A stretch of DNA of 64,000 nt from Candidatus Obscuribacteraceae bacterium (GTDB lineage Bacteria > Cyanobacteriota > Vampirovibrionia > Obscuribacterales > Obscuribacteraceae), in the NCBI GenBank assembly GCA_044226015.1, contig JBGAHS010000002.1, forward strand, positions 32,001-96,000, in the 5' to 3' direction. A model generated the notes under the pieces. The model did not search any database. It was not told the origin of the DNA and was given only the letters and a program-made list of their open reading frames with translations. Below, in pieces: positions 46,902-56,389 of this stretch. Each line of letters opens with the position of its first letter. The first letter of the stretch is position 1. The position numbers and the translations under genes are program-made.

Positions 46902-47936
46902 TTACATCAAGGACTTCATGATTTCATCGAGAGCAGACTTCGGAGGACGAGTCACTGACTGTGGAAGTGTTGCCAGGGCTTGATCACCCAGGCTCATCAC
47001 TTCGGAGAATGGCTCGTTTTCTTCATTAACATAGAGCAACCCGGTCAAGAAATGTCTATCTTGCGCAGCTTTGTGCAACGTAGCGATTGCTTGTGCACGA
47101 TCCTTAGGATTGTAATCGTGCCCGGTCTTCTTCAATGTGATTTTTGAACCGTCATGCATTTCAACTTCTTGAACTGCACCTGGTTCATAGTCAACGGTGA
47201 TTTGCTCGTAGAAGCCAACATAACCGAGTTCATGCAATGGCTCTTCGTGCTCTTTGGCGTACTTATAGCCTTTTGTGGAGCCTTCGTGGTTATTGAAGGT
47301 GACACATGGGCTTACTACATCAAGAACAGCAGTTCCATTGTGTGACATAGCGGCTTTCATCAAAGCAACCAACTGTTTCGGGTCGCCGGCGAAAGAGCGT
47401 CCAACAAATCCGCAACCTAACTCAATTGCAAGACTGCAAAGGTCAATCGATTGCAACTCGTTTTGTGCTCCTGATTTCAACTTAGCGCCTTTCTCAGCAG
47501 TCGCGGAGAACTGTCCTTTTGTCAAACCATAAACGCCGTTGTTTTCAACGATGTATAGCATCGGAACATTACGTCTAACGATATGACAGAACTGACCTAA
47601 GCCGATGCTTGCCGTGTCGCCGTCTCCGCTCACAGCAATGAGCTTGAGATTTTTGTTAGCGAGTGAAGCGCCGGTAGCAACTGATGGCATACGGCCGTGC
47701 ACGGCGTTGAATCCGTGAGAGCGGCTCAGGAAGTAAGCTGGAGTTTTGCTCGAGCAGCCGATTCCACTGAGTTTTGCCACCATGTGAGGGTTAACGCCAA
47801 CTTCAAAGCAAGCTTTGATAATCTGCGCAGTGATAGCATCGTGTCCACAACCGTCGCAGAGAGTAGATGCTGAACCTTTGTAATCGGCTTGGGTTAAGCC
47901 AATTCGATTAGTTTTCGGTGCTGGTGCTGTAACCAT
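46902..47936 (-). CDS. korB: 2-oxoacid:ferredoxin oxidoreductase beta subunit
   Basis: LCDGCGH, SGIGCSSK, VHGR, SGDGD TPP motif, NNGVYGLTKGQFS, SPCVTF. Confidence 0.93.
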   Translation of the reverse strand: MVTAPAPKTNRIGLTQADYKGSASTLCDGCGHDAITAQIIKACFEVGVNPHMVAKLSGIGCSSKTPAYFLSRSHGFNAVHGRMPSVATGASLANKNLKLIAVSGDGDTASIGLGQFCHIVRRNVPMLYIVENNGVYGLTKGQFSATAEKGAKLKSGAQNELQSIDLCSLAIELGCGFVGRSFAGDPKQLVALMKAAMSHNGTAVLDVVSPCVTFNNHEGSTKGYKYAKEHEEPLHELGYVGFYEQITVDYEPGAVQEVEMHDGSKITLKKTGHDYNPKDRAQAIATLHKAAQDRHFLTGLLYVNEENEPFSEVMSLGDQALATLPQSVTRPPKSALDEIMKSLM

Positions 47937-47939
47937 TTT

Positions 47940-49760
47940 CTATTTCTCCTGCTCGAGTATAGCGTCAGTAATCGATCTTGCATCGATTGGCAGACCGTCA
48001 TAGTTGCGCACTGAACGCAGCTTCATTGAGAATTGCGGCAATTCCAATCTGATCAAATCGCGCATCTGAGCGTCGCGGTTTTGCTCGACAACATAAACAT
48101 GGTCGTACTTCTCAACGAACTTGTGCAGTTCTTCAGTGAAAGGTACAGCCTTAAGTCGCAAGTAGCTAGCTTCGAGGTTTGACGCCTTAAGCTGCTCAAG
48201 CGATTCTTTGATCGCTGGGTCGGAAGAGCCGAATGCGATGATGCCGACTTTGGCGTTCTTCGCTTCAATTAATTCCGGTTTTGGAACATAGCTGCGAGCA
48301 GTTTGATACTTCTTGTTCAAACGATCCATCAAATTGACGTAATCATCTGGACGCTCGGTATAGAGAGCTTTCTCGTTGTGACCACTTCCACGTGTGAAGT
48401 AGGCAGCCAACGGATGATCGGTACCAGGAATGGTGCGATAAGGAATACCATCACCATCAACATCGCGATAACGCTCGAATTTGCCCAGTTTTTCCAACTG
48501 CTCAGCATCGAGAACCTTGCCTCTATCGATTGGAGACTCAGGATACTTGAACTGGTCGGACATCCAGTTGTTCATTCCGAGGTCGAGGTCGCTCAAAACA
48601 AACACTGGTGTTTGGAAACGCTCAGCAAGGTCGAAGGCGGTAAGGGCATGCGTATAGCACTCTTCGACGGACCCCGGCAACAAGATAATGTGCTTGGTGT
48701 CACCATGCGACAACTGATAAGTGCTCATCAAGTCTGCCTGGTGAGTACGTGTAGGCATACCGGTTGAAGGACCAACACGCTGAACGTCAAAAATAACGGT
48801 CGGCAACTCAGCAAAATAACCAAGTCCGGTGAATTCACCCATGAGCGAAATTCCAGGACCGCTGGTTGAGGTCATGCTGCGTGCGCCGGCCCAGCCAGCG
48901 CCCAGAGCCATACCGATTGCAGCGATTTCATCTTCTGCCTGAACAATTGCAAAGCTTGGGTTGCCATCTTTGTCCACGCGGTATTCATGCATGTATTCAG
49001 CGAGGCTTTCGCAGAGGCTCGATGAAGGAGTGATGGGGTACCAGGTGACAACAGTCACACCAGCAAACATACAACCCAGAGCAGCGGCGGAGTTACCATC
49101 GATGATGATTTTGCCAGCTGTCTTGTCCATCTTCTCTACAAAGAAAGGATCTTCTTTCTTCAAGTTCTCTTTGGCCCACTGACGGCCTTTATTCGAGGCG
49201 GTCAGGTTCAAATCGATAGCCTTTGTCTTACCTTCGAACTGTTTAGCAATAGCCGCGTCTATTTCCTTCTGGTCAATATTTAGCAATTCGGCAACCACAC
49301 CAACGTAAATCATGTTGGTGAGCAGCTTCTTCATTTTTATATTGTCAGATGTTTCGCTGGCCAATTGAGCAAACGGAACCAGGTAATGGCGAACATCGCT
49401 TCTTACTTTGTCAAGATTCAGCTCACTTGGACTGATGCAAACTGCACCTGGTCTCAATGACCTGACATCCTCGACAGCTGTTTGCGGGTTCATCGCAACC
49501 AGAATGTCGATTTCTTTCTTTCTAGCAATCCATCCGTCCTTGTTCACACGAATTGTGAACCAGGTTGGAAGTCCTGCAATATTTGACGGGAAGAGGTTTT
49601 TGCCGCTTACCGGAATACCCATCTGGAAGATGGAGCGCATCAATACGTTGTTGGAAGATTGGCTTCCAGACCCGTTTACTGTTGCGACTTGAATCGAAAA
49701 ATCATTAATCACTTTGCCCTGTTCTGTTTTTTGGGCGCTGTCTGCTGCTAGGGTCTTCAC
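47940..49760 (-). CDS. korA: 2-oxoacid:ferredoxin oxidoreductase alpha subunit (gamma-alpha fusion)
   Basis: NGSGSQS, YPITPSS, QAEDEIAA, TSGPGISLM, QRVGPSTGMPT, VVEQN. Confidence 0.93.
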   Translation of the reverse strand: MKTLAADSAQKTEQGKVINDFSIQVATVNGSGSQSSNNVLMRSIFQMGIPVSGKNLFPSNIAGLPTWFTIRVNKDGWIARKKEIDILVAMNPQTAVEDVRSLRPGAVCISPSELNLDKVRSDVRHYLVPFAQLASETSDNIKMKKLLTNMIYVGVVAELLNIDQKEIDAAIAKQFEGKTKAIDLNLTASNKGRQWAKENLKKEDPFFVEKMDKTAGKIIIDGNSAAALGCMFAGVTVVTWYPITPSSSLCESLAEYMHEYRVDKDGNPSFAIVQAEDEIAAIGMALGAGWAGARSMTSTSGPGISLMGEFTGLGYFAELPTVIFDVQRVGPSTGMPTRTHQADLMSTYQLSHGDTKHIILLPGSVEECYTHALTAFDLAERFQTPVFVLSDLDLGMNNWMSDQFKYPESPIDRGKVLDAEQLEKLGKFERYRDVDGDGIPYRTIPGTDHPLAAYFTRGSGHNEKALYTERPDDYVNLMDRLNKKYQTARSYVPKPELIEAKNAKVGIIAFGSSDPAIKESLEQLKASNLEASYLRLKAVPFTEELHKFVEKYDHVYVVEQNRDAQMRDLIRLELPQFSMKLRSVRNYDGLPIDARSITDAILEQEK

Positions 49761-49938
49761 TGAGTTAGTACCTTAAATATGTGATGACGTAGGTCAAGTT
49801 TATCAAGGTACGGCGGGCATCTGGCCAAGCTACAAGATATGCTAATGATTTTCGGCAGTCAGATTGAAACACTTCAAAACATTTGTTCAGATAAGCAGCC
49901 AATCGTTAGCAAAAGAATGCAAAGGCGGCTGTCAAGAG

Positions 49939-51180
49939 TCAACAATAATGCTTTAGCTCTGCGAGGGTGAACGCTAACTGGTCTTCTTTGTGAACATAAG
50001 ACAAAACCAGGTGCTTGCCTTCTATCTCATAATAATGACCAGGATGCACAAGAATGTTCTTGCGCTCAAGCAAGTCCAGGGCTATATCTTCCTCATCGCC
50101 GCTAACAGGCAAAGTCAAATAGAACCCAGCTCTGGGCCGCACGAGCTTGCAGCCCGATAAAGCAGTCATAGCTATCTGCCTCTGACTCCGAATTCTGGCT
50201 TTCAACTCTGCCAAGAATGGCTTACCCAGCTCAAAGATATTGGGTAGGGCGAACTGCATAATCTCATTCACGGGAAGATAGGTGTCCGAAATCATTTCCA
50301 GAGCGGCTCTGGCACGCTTAACCTGCGCCCTGTCGCCACTCATCAAAATCCAGCCAACTTTGACGCCAGGCAAGGCGAATGATTTCGAGAGCCCATTCAA
50401 TGTAAACACAAGAGGAGCATTTAAGCTCAACAGGCGCGGCAACTTATGCTCGCCAAGCACAGAAGATTCCTGAATGTCCGCGCAGTTCTGTGAATCTTCG
50501 AGCACCGAGGACAGCGTTGTGGTGTTCTTGTGCGCCGGTGGCTCAAAAAGAAATTCAGAAAAGACTTCATCAGAAATAATTGCGAGCTTATATTTGCGAG
50601 CGATTCTTGCAAGCTCATTAAGCTCTTCTACGCCAGCATACATTCCTGTCGGATTATGTGGTGAGATCAAAACAATAGCGCGAGTGCGCTCGGAAATATT
50701 GGCTTCAAGGGCATCAAAATCAATACACCACTGACGGTGCTCAAGCAATTGATATGGAACCAACTTCACGTGACTCATCATAGCGATGTAGTCGAGCAGC
50801 GGATAAGAAGGGCTTGGACAGAGTATTTCGTCACCGGGGTTCGCCAACAATTTGAAGCAATAGAGAAAGGAGATACTTGTGCCGGGTGTAAGCAAGATGT
50901 TTTCAGCGTCAATCAATTCACCCTGCTGTGCGTAAAAATTAGAGACCGCAGCCCTGGCGATGGGCTGACCAAAGGTATCAGGTTTGTAGTGGGCGGCTTT
51001 GTCCAGCGATTCAGCGATAATCCGTGAAAGCAAGTTCTGAGGAAAGAGAATTCCAGCCTCGCTCAAATTAGCCCGAACCAGGTCAGTTAGGGGCTCTTTA
51101 GCAGCCTCTTTCTGCGCCTTAAGCTCATAGAGCGGATTCTTCTCCGCAACAAAATCAAATGCCAGGTCAGAAAATTTCAT
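49939..51180 (-). CDS. PLP-dependent aminotransferase class I/II
   Basis: PSYP, SPHNPTG, ISDEVF, GLSKSFALPGVKVGW. Confidence 0.9.
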   Translation of the reverse strand: MKFSDLAFDFVAEKNPLYELKAQKEAAKEPLTDLVRANLSEAGILFPQNLLSRIIAESLDKAAHYKPDTFGQPIARAAVSNFYAQQGELIDAENILLTPGTSISFLYCFKLLANPGDEILCPSPSYPLLDYIAMMSHVKLVPYQLLEHRQWCIDFDALEANISERTRAIVLISPHNPTGMYAGVEELNELARIARKYKLAIISDEVFSEFLFEPPAHKNTTTLSSVLEDSQNCADIQESSVLGEHKLPRLLSLNAPLVFTLNGLSKSFALPGVKVGWILMSGDRAQVKRARAALEMISDTYLPVNEIMQFALPNIFELGKPFLAELKARIRSQRQIAMTALSGCKLVRPRAGFYLTLPVSGDEEDIALDLLERKNILVHPGHYYEIEGKHLVLSYVHKEDQLAFTLAELKHYC

Positions 51181-51384
51181 GGCAGTAATATAGCATCAAG
51201 AGAATCCGCCATTTAGTCTTCTTCTAGATTTTGGTATCGATAACGTTTGGTTCACAGTGCAGCCCAATACTTCGCCCCATCGAGATTCACTATCGGAAAC
51301 TAGTCTTCGCATATTAGCCAAAATTATGGGAATATTGACTGCGATTATTGCTAATCAGATTACCGTTCATTTGAGAAAATTACA

Positions 51385-52428
51385 GTGCTGAAATCGGCTC
51401 GAACAAACAGCATTAATAAGGCCGTATTCAGATTCTCACTCTTGCTCGCGTTGATTAGCATCGCGCCTTTCGCTATCACAGGCTGCAGCACCAGAACAGA
51501 GAATGATGAACCCGAGCCCGATGATACACCTGTGCCGGCTAACGTTGAGACTTTGGTAAAAAAACGCGGCGACTACCTGAGCTTTTCAGTAGATGAACAC
51601 ACTAATGTTCCTATTAAATGGACTAAGAAAGGTCCTTTGACAGTTTACTTTCATCCGGTTTCGAACGATGTCGAAAGCTACCGCCCCAAGATGCAATTGA
51701 TTATGCACACAGCTCTGGCGAGTTGGACGAAAAAGACAAATGGTGCTGTACGATTTCAAATTGTGAAACAGCTTCCGGCTGACATCGAGATAAAGTATTT
51801 GGATTTCCCACCCGATGAGTCACACTCTCCGGGCTGCACAGACCATGCGCTTGGAGTTACATATGGGCGTCACAACGACAAGAGAATCAAAAGCAAAGAA
51901 ATCGTAATTTGTTTGCCACCGAACTCGACCGACCATCAGGTTCTACATGTCAGCGAACATGAACTAGGTCACGCGCTAGGACTGGGACACAGTCCAATAG
52001 AAACAGACGTCATGGCTACACACATGAATAACTCAGAACCAACCATAACTGACGAAGACGCGCGAACGGTTAAGCGCCTTTATAAATCGAGCACAGGGAA
52101 GCACGATGACGATCCGAAGTTTAACAAAAAGCGCTATATTCAAGATTGGAACGAGTTTGTAAAAGAGAAGATTTGCATACACTCGCACTCAGTTCACGAC
52201 ACCTGCACGCTGCGCATCGCAATTAATAACACCGGAAGAATGTTCAAACATCAGGTTCTTGCCGGGGAAGACTATGGCGAAACTATTCTAGATGCCCTCA
52301 AGCGCATCAACTTTTTTCCGGCACCAGACCTTGCGCCTGGTGATTGGCTGAGCCTCAAGATTAATGCATCGAAAGACCACGAAGTGACAATTAGTCAGAT
52401 CGACCTGATGCACGAACAGATTCCATGA
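51385..52428 (+). CDS. Matrixin-family metalloprotease lipoprotein with C-terminal TonB-like domain
   Basis: Lipobox AITGC; HELGHALGLGHS...DVM Met-turn; C-terminal ALKRINFFPAP. Confidence 0.85.
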   Translation: MLKSARTNSINKAVFRFSLLLALISIAPFAITGCSTRTENDEPEPDDTPVPANVETLVKKRGDYLSFSVDEHTNVPIKWTKKGPLTVYFHPVSNDVESYRPKMQLIMHTALASWTKKTNGAVRFQIVKQLPADIEIKYLDFPPDESHSPGCTDHALGVTYGRHNDKRIKSKEIVICLPPNSTDHQVLHVSEHELGHALGLGHSPIETDVMATHMNNSEPTITDEDARTVKRLYKSSTGKHDDDPKFNKKRYIQDWNEFVKEKICIHSHSVHDTCTLRIAINNTGRMFKHQVLAGEDYGETILDALKRINFFPAPDLAPGDWLSLKINASKDHEVTISQIDLMHEQIP

Positions 52429-52733
52429 GGGCTACTCGATCGTTCCAGCAATTGGGGCTCGCTCCAGCAATTAGGGCTACATTGCTTAAAGTAGGCTCTG
52501 TCTCAATTCCTTCTCCCCAGCTCACCACATATGATACCAAACGGATCCGTTAATAATCCAGAAGCCGCCAGGATGGCAGCACTACCAGAGCTTGTTGAAT
52601 GGACCCTACCGGAAGTAGACTTCCTCCTCCGAGCTTTGAATTAAATAATTCCTCCAGCTGAATCATAATGTGAAGGATCTGGGTAGATAGTAAATGACAA
52701 TGTAGTTTAAGCAGACTATTTGGGGATGATTTT

Positions 52734-53534
52734 ATGCAATTTGACAAAGCTGAAGGGCAAAATCCTGAGAAACAAGAAGCCCCCCAACCGAATTTTGATG
52801 TGGTGAAGAGCTTCCAGGAAGATCAACTCAGTAAAAACACCGAGAAAAGCATAAGTTCAACCGACAAGGCAAATTCCTCTACTGACACCGCTAAGGACTC
52901 GTTGAAAGAGTTGAACGCGTCACAAATTGCCGATTTGATAATAAAGAACAAAGGCTTCGGAGCTAAAGGTAGCGAAGACAGAGACAAAATTGACAGCGCA
53001 CTCGGAAAAGCTTTCGATAAAAGCATGAAGAACCCCGATACGGGAAACCTTAGCAAAGATGAAAACAAAGACTTGGCAAAGAAGGTCAACGAAGAGTTAG
53101 CGAAAAAGAACTCCGACTTACGTGTGGATTTCGACAGCAAAGGCGGTGGCGGTGGCGGTGGTCGACGCAGTGATGGGCTGAGTGAAAAACACCAGGAAAA
53201 AGATGGCAGCTTCAGTGTTACTGAAAAAGGTAAGCCCGTTGACGAAATTTCCATGCACGGCACAAAAGACACCGTTTATGACAAGAATGGAAAGGTTGTT
53301 GGAGAAAGAAGCTCAAGAGAAAGCGAAAACGGTGGCAGCGGTGGCGGCTGGGGTAAAGGTCCAGAGCACAATTCTAATTCCGACAAATCCGACAAATCTG
53401 GAAAAGATGAATTCAAGCTCGATGACTTCATTATAGAAGATGGCGGCAAAGGCGGCGGCGGTGGCGGTGGCGGCGGCAAAGGTGGCGGTGGTGGCGGCAA
53501 AGGCGGCGGCAAAAGCTTCCCCAAGAACGGTTAA
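52734..53534 (+). CDS. Hydrophilic Lys/Asp/Gly-rich hypothetical protein with poly-Gly tracts
   Basis: GGGGA RBS; three Gly runs; no signal peptide. Confidence 0.7.
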   Translation: MQFDKAEGQNPEKQEAPQPNFDVVKSFQEDQLSKNTEKSISSTDKANSSTDTAKDSLKELNASQIADLIIKNKGFGAKGSEDRDKIDSALGKAFDKSMKNPDTGNLSKDENKDLAKKVNEELAKKNSDLRVDFDSKGGGGGGGRRSDGLSEKHQEKDGSFSVTEKGKPVDEISMHGTKDTVYDKNGKVVGERSSRESENGGSGGGWGKGPEHNSNSDKSDKSGKDEFKLDDFIIEDGGKGGGGGGGGGKGGGGGGKGGGKSFPKNG

Positions 53535-53622
53535 CCATTATTTGCCGACTCTTTGTTTCAGAACGGCTTGAAGCAAAACGGGTATGATCAGTACAGGCTC
53601 TATCTCCGGAGGGGGTGCGTCA

Positions 53623-55302
53623 ATGCGTATTGGGGATTTACTGATCCAGGCAGGTTTTGTCACGCAACAGCAGGTCGATGCAGCACTCAAGCAGCAAAGT
53701 TCCGCTCGAAAGACTCCACTGGGCAAGCATTTACTCCTGCTCGATTACCTAACCGATGCAGAACTTGAGCTGGTACTACAGGCTCAGCGAAAAATTGCGT
53801 TTACAACCATGACCGACCAGCTTGCCATCGCTAGCTTGAAATACGCAAAGTTACATAGAGTAGATTTTGAAACCGCAAGCCGCATTGTTTTGAGCTCATT
53901 CGCTCAGGACTCCAGCAAGAAGATCACACAGCCACTGCCAAAGCCTGAGCAGCCACAAACACCGAAAGCAGATTCATCTATCGGTACAACAAAGATAACA
54001 GGCTCAACGGCGCGCTTTTCATCAAACCCCGACCAGCTTCTCAAGCTTAGCGAAACAGCATACGCTGAAAAACGCTTCGAAGAGTCAGCTAAAGCGCTTG
54101 AAGAAGTCAGAACGATTTACGAACGCAGCGATGGTTTCTCTACAGACCTTTTGATTCCTGTATATTCCAGACTGGCAGAAATATACTCATCACTGGGCAA
54201 AAATTCACTTGCAGAAGACCGCGTTTTGAAATTGATCCAGGTCTTGAAACAGGAAACGAAGCTGCTACCTGGCTCGATAACAGCAATTGCACAGGTTGCC
54301 CATAATTGCTCAAGACAGGGGCTCAACGAGCAAGCAGACAAGGTCTACAAGGTGATTCTTCCGCTATGGGCAAAACTTTTACCGTTTGAACAATCACAGT
54401 TTCCGTTTTACTTGCGAGATGCAATCTCATCTTCAAGAACCTGTCACAAAGCGACAAACAGAAATATAAGAATTGGCGAACTTCTCGTTGAAAGCAAGAT
54501 TTTAGAAGCGGTGCAATTTCAAGAAGCACTGCAAAAGAGCAAACGACTCAGACAGCCACTGGGCAAGGTTCTATCAGAATCAGGGCTAGTAAGAGTGCAA
54601 GACCTACGCAATGCAATGCGCGTTCAATTGATGTGCAGAGCCGCAGTAATTCCAGTGGAATACGCAGCACTTACAGTCATTGCAGCATCTTGCGCCAAGG
54701 AATCAGTTGACATATTTTTCAAATCATTCTACACATCGTTTGAAAACCCTGCTGCGCTGCTGTTACCGGAACTCATTGAAAAAATGGATAAACTTCTTGT
54801 TCTCGAAGAGAAATTGGGAATCAAGAACCCGGAAGTTGCATCACTCGCAGTAGAAGTTGCGGACATCTGTCTTCGCCGAAATGAAACAGAAGAGGCAGAG
54901 CTGATGCTGCGCCGCGCGCACGCAGTCTTCGCAGTGGAGTCTGAAACATACAGACTTGATTTGGCAAATACGTGTTACAAAATTGCTCGACTGCTTCAAG
55001 CAAAAAACAAATACGAAGAAGCAGAATTGCTTTTGATGCAATCAATGGAAATCAGGAACCGTTTGCTTGGCGACAAAGACCCTGAACTCGCGGAAGTATT
55101 AATCGAGCTGGGTTCATTGTATATCGGGCAGGGCAATTACCTTCCAGCAGCAGGTTTCCTGAAGTCAGCTTGGGCTATCATCGCCGGCAAGTGCGAAGCT
55201 GAGAAATCGCAATTTGTGCTCAAACTGCTCATCAAATGCTACGAGCAGATGGGAATTGAAAGTGAATGTAATATCTATCGCCAGCAGCTGCCAAACTATT
55301 AG
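53623..55302 (+). CDS. Protein with two MshEN-like (c-di-GMP-binding) domains and TPR repeats
   Basis: RIGDLLIQAGFVTQQQVDAALKQQ / LGKHL and RIGELLVES / LGKVLSESGLV; TPRs; ATG 53623 after GGAGG. ORF open from 53584. Confidence 0.8.
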   Translation: MRIGDLLIQAGFVTQQQVDAALKQQSSARKTPLGKHLLLLDYLTDAELELVLQAQRKIAFTTMTDQLAIASLKYAKLHRVDFETASRIVLSSFAQDSSKKITQPLPKPEQPQTPKADSSIGTTKITGSTARFSSNPDQLLKLSETAYAEKRFEESAKALEEVRTIYERSDGFSTDLLIPVYSRLAEIYSSLGKNSLAEDRVLKLIQVLKQETKLLPGSITAIAQVAHNCSRQGLNEQADKVYKVILPLWAKLLPFEQSQFPFYLRDAISSSRTCHKATNRNIRIGELLVESKILEAVQFQEALQKSKRLRQPLGKVLSESGLVRVQDLRNAMRVQLMCRAAVIPVEYAALTVIAASCAKESVDIFFKSFYTSFENPAALLLPELIEKMDKLLVLEEKLGIKNPEVASLAVEVADICLRRNETEEAELMLRRAHAVFAVESETYRLDLANTCYKIARLLQAKNKYEEAELLLMQSMEIRNRLLGDKDPELAEVLIELGSLYIGQGNYLPAAGFLKSAWAIIAGKCEAEKSQFVLKLLIKCYEQMGIESECNIYRQQLPNY

Positions 55303-56301
55303 TCAAAAATGATCTAGTTCAAGCATCATTGCGGGAAATTCTTCCGTCCATTCGAACATGAGTTCATCGTACTCTGGCTTCAGTGAGCGAATCATGGGGA
55401 AGGACCAGTCTCTCTCAACATGAGCAAGCCCACTCAGGGGCGGCTCCATGACGTTCCAGCCGCGCACATAGCTAGCCTCATACCTGGCCGCCAGTCTAAA
55501 AATCTCAGCCCAAATTGAACAGAACATCTGTGGGCTCGCGATTACTTCAAGAACACGAAGATAAGGACCTGACTGCTCAATCAGCGCATACCCGCTCTCA
55601 AATTTACCGTAATTGTCAGAGAGCAAACTCAACTTTGGCCAATTCAGCTTTGAGTGCTGAAATAAGAAAGCTTCTCTCCCCGTCTTATAACGCCAGTAAT
55701 CCTCATCTCTGGACATGCCGTAAGGCTGTCGCCGCAGCCACCGCCTATGGTGCCGAACCATTTCGGGAATATCTTCTGCTCTCATAGACCTGACGTTGAA
55801 TACTTCGTCCAAGTCCGGTGCTGACAGTTCATCAAGCTTACGAATTGAATACCGCAGCCAATCCGAATTGAGCTTGATTGAAAAAGAGGAATAATCGCAA
55901 AGGTCAAACCCGAACCTTTCATAAAACGCCGGGTCTATATCTGAATTGAGAACCATACCATCGAAGCCATCTTGCACGCAGGACGCAATGAGTTCATCAA
56001 ACATTTGTCCAGCGTATCCCTTGCCTCGATTCTCATCAGCGACAAAGACAGCGCCTACGCCAGCCATTTTGAATTCGCGACCTTTCGAGCAAAAAACAAA
56101 ATTGTATAACTTGCAGCTTGCCAGCACTTTTCCATCTTGGGAAACAAGTCCAAGATAATGGAGATTGCGTCGCCCCCAAGCAGAATGCATCTGCCACCAC
56201 TGGTAGTTCCTATAAGTGCTGCGGTCTAATCCGGGTGACCAGATTTCGAAATTCTCAGCGAGCACTTGATTAATTTCGCGATCTTCAAGCCGCCGGAGCA
56301 C
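55303..56301 (-). CDS. GNAT family acetyltransferase (tandem GNAT, Eis-like)
   Basis: GVGAVFVADENRGKGYA acetyl-CoA motif, FYERFGF. Confidence 0.85.
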   Translation of the reverse strand: MLRRLEDREINQVLAENFEIWSPGLDRSTYRNYQWWQMHSAWGRRNLHYLGLVSQDGKVLASCKLYNFVFCSKGREFKMAGVGAVFVADENRGKGYAGQMFDELIASCVQDGFDGMVLNSDIDPAFYERFGFDLCDYSSFSIKLNSDWLRYSIRKLDELSAPDLDEVFNVRSMRAEDIPEMVRHHRRWLRRQPYGMSRDEDYWRYKTGREAFLFQHSKLNWPKLSLLSDNYGKFESGYALIEQSGPYLRVLEVIASPQMFCSIWAEIFRLAARYEASYVRGWNVMEPPLSGLAHVERDWSFPMIRSLKPEYDELMFEWTEEFPAMMLELDHF

Positions 56302-56389
56302 ATTACCCTCTTGATCATTCTCGCCAAACAGCGTTCAATTCTATCTTCAAGGCTTACAATAAGTCCAGAATAGTTTAGAATATTGGCAC

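Noticed and set aside
52823..53524. Poly-Pro antisense ORFs
   Set aside because: Reverse complement of the poly-Gly codons
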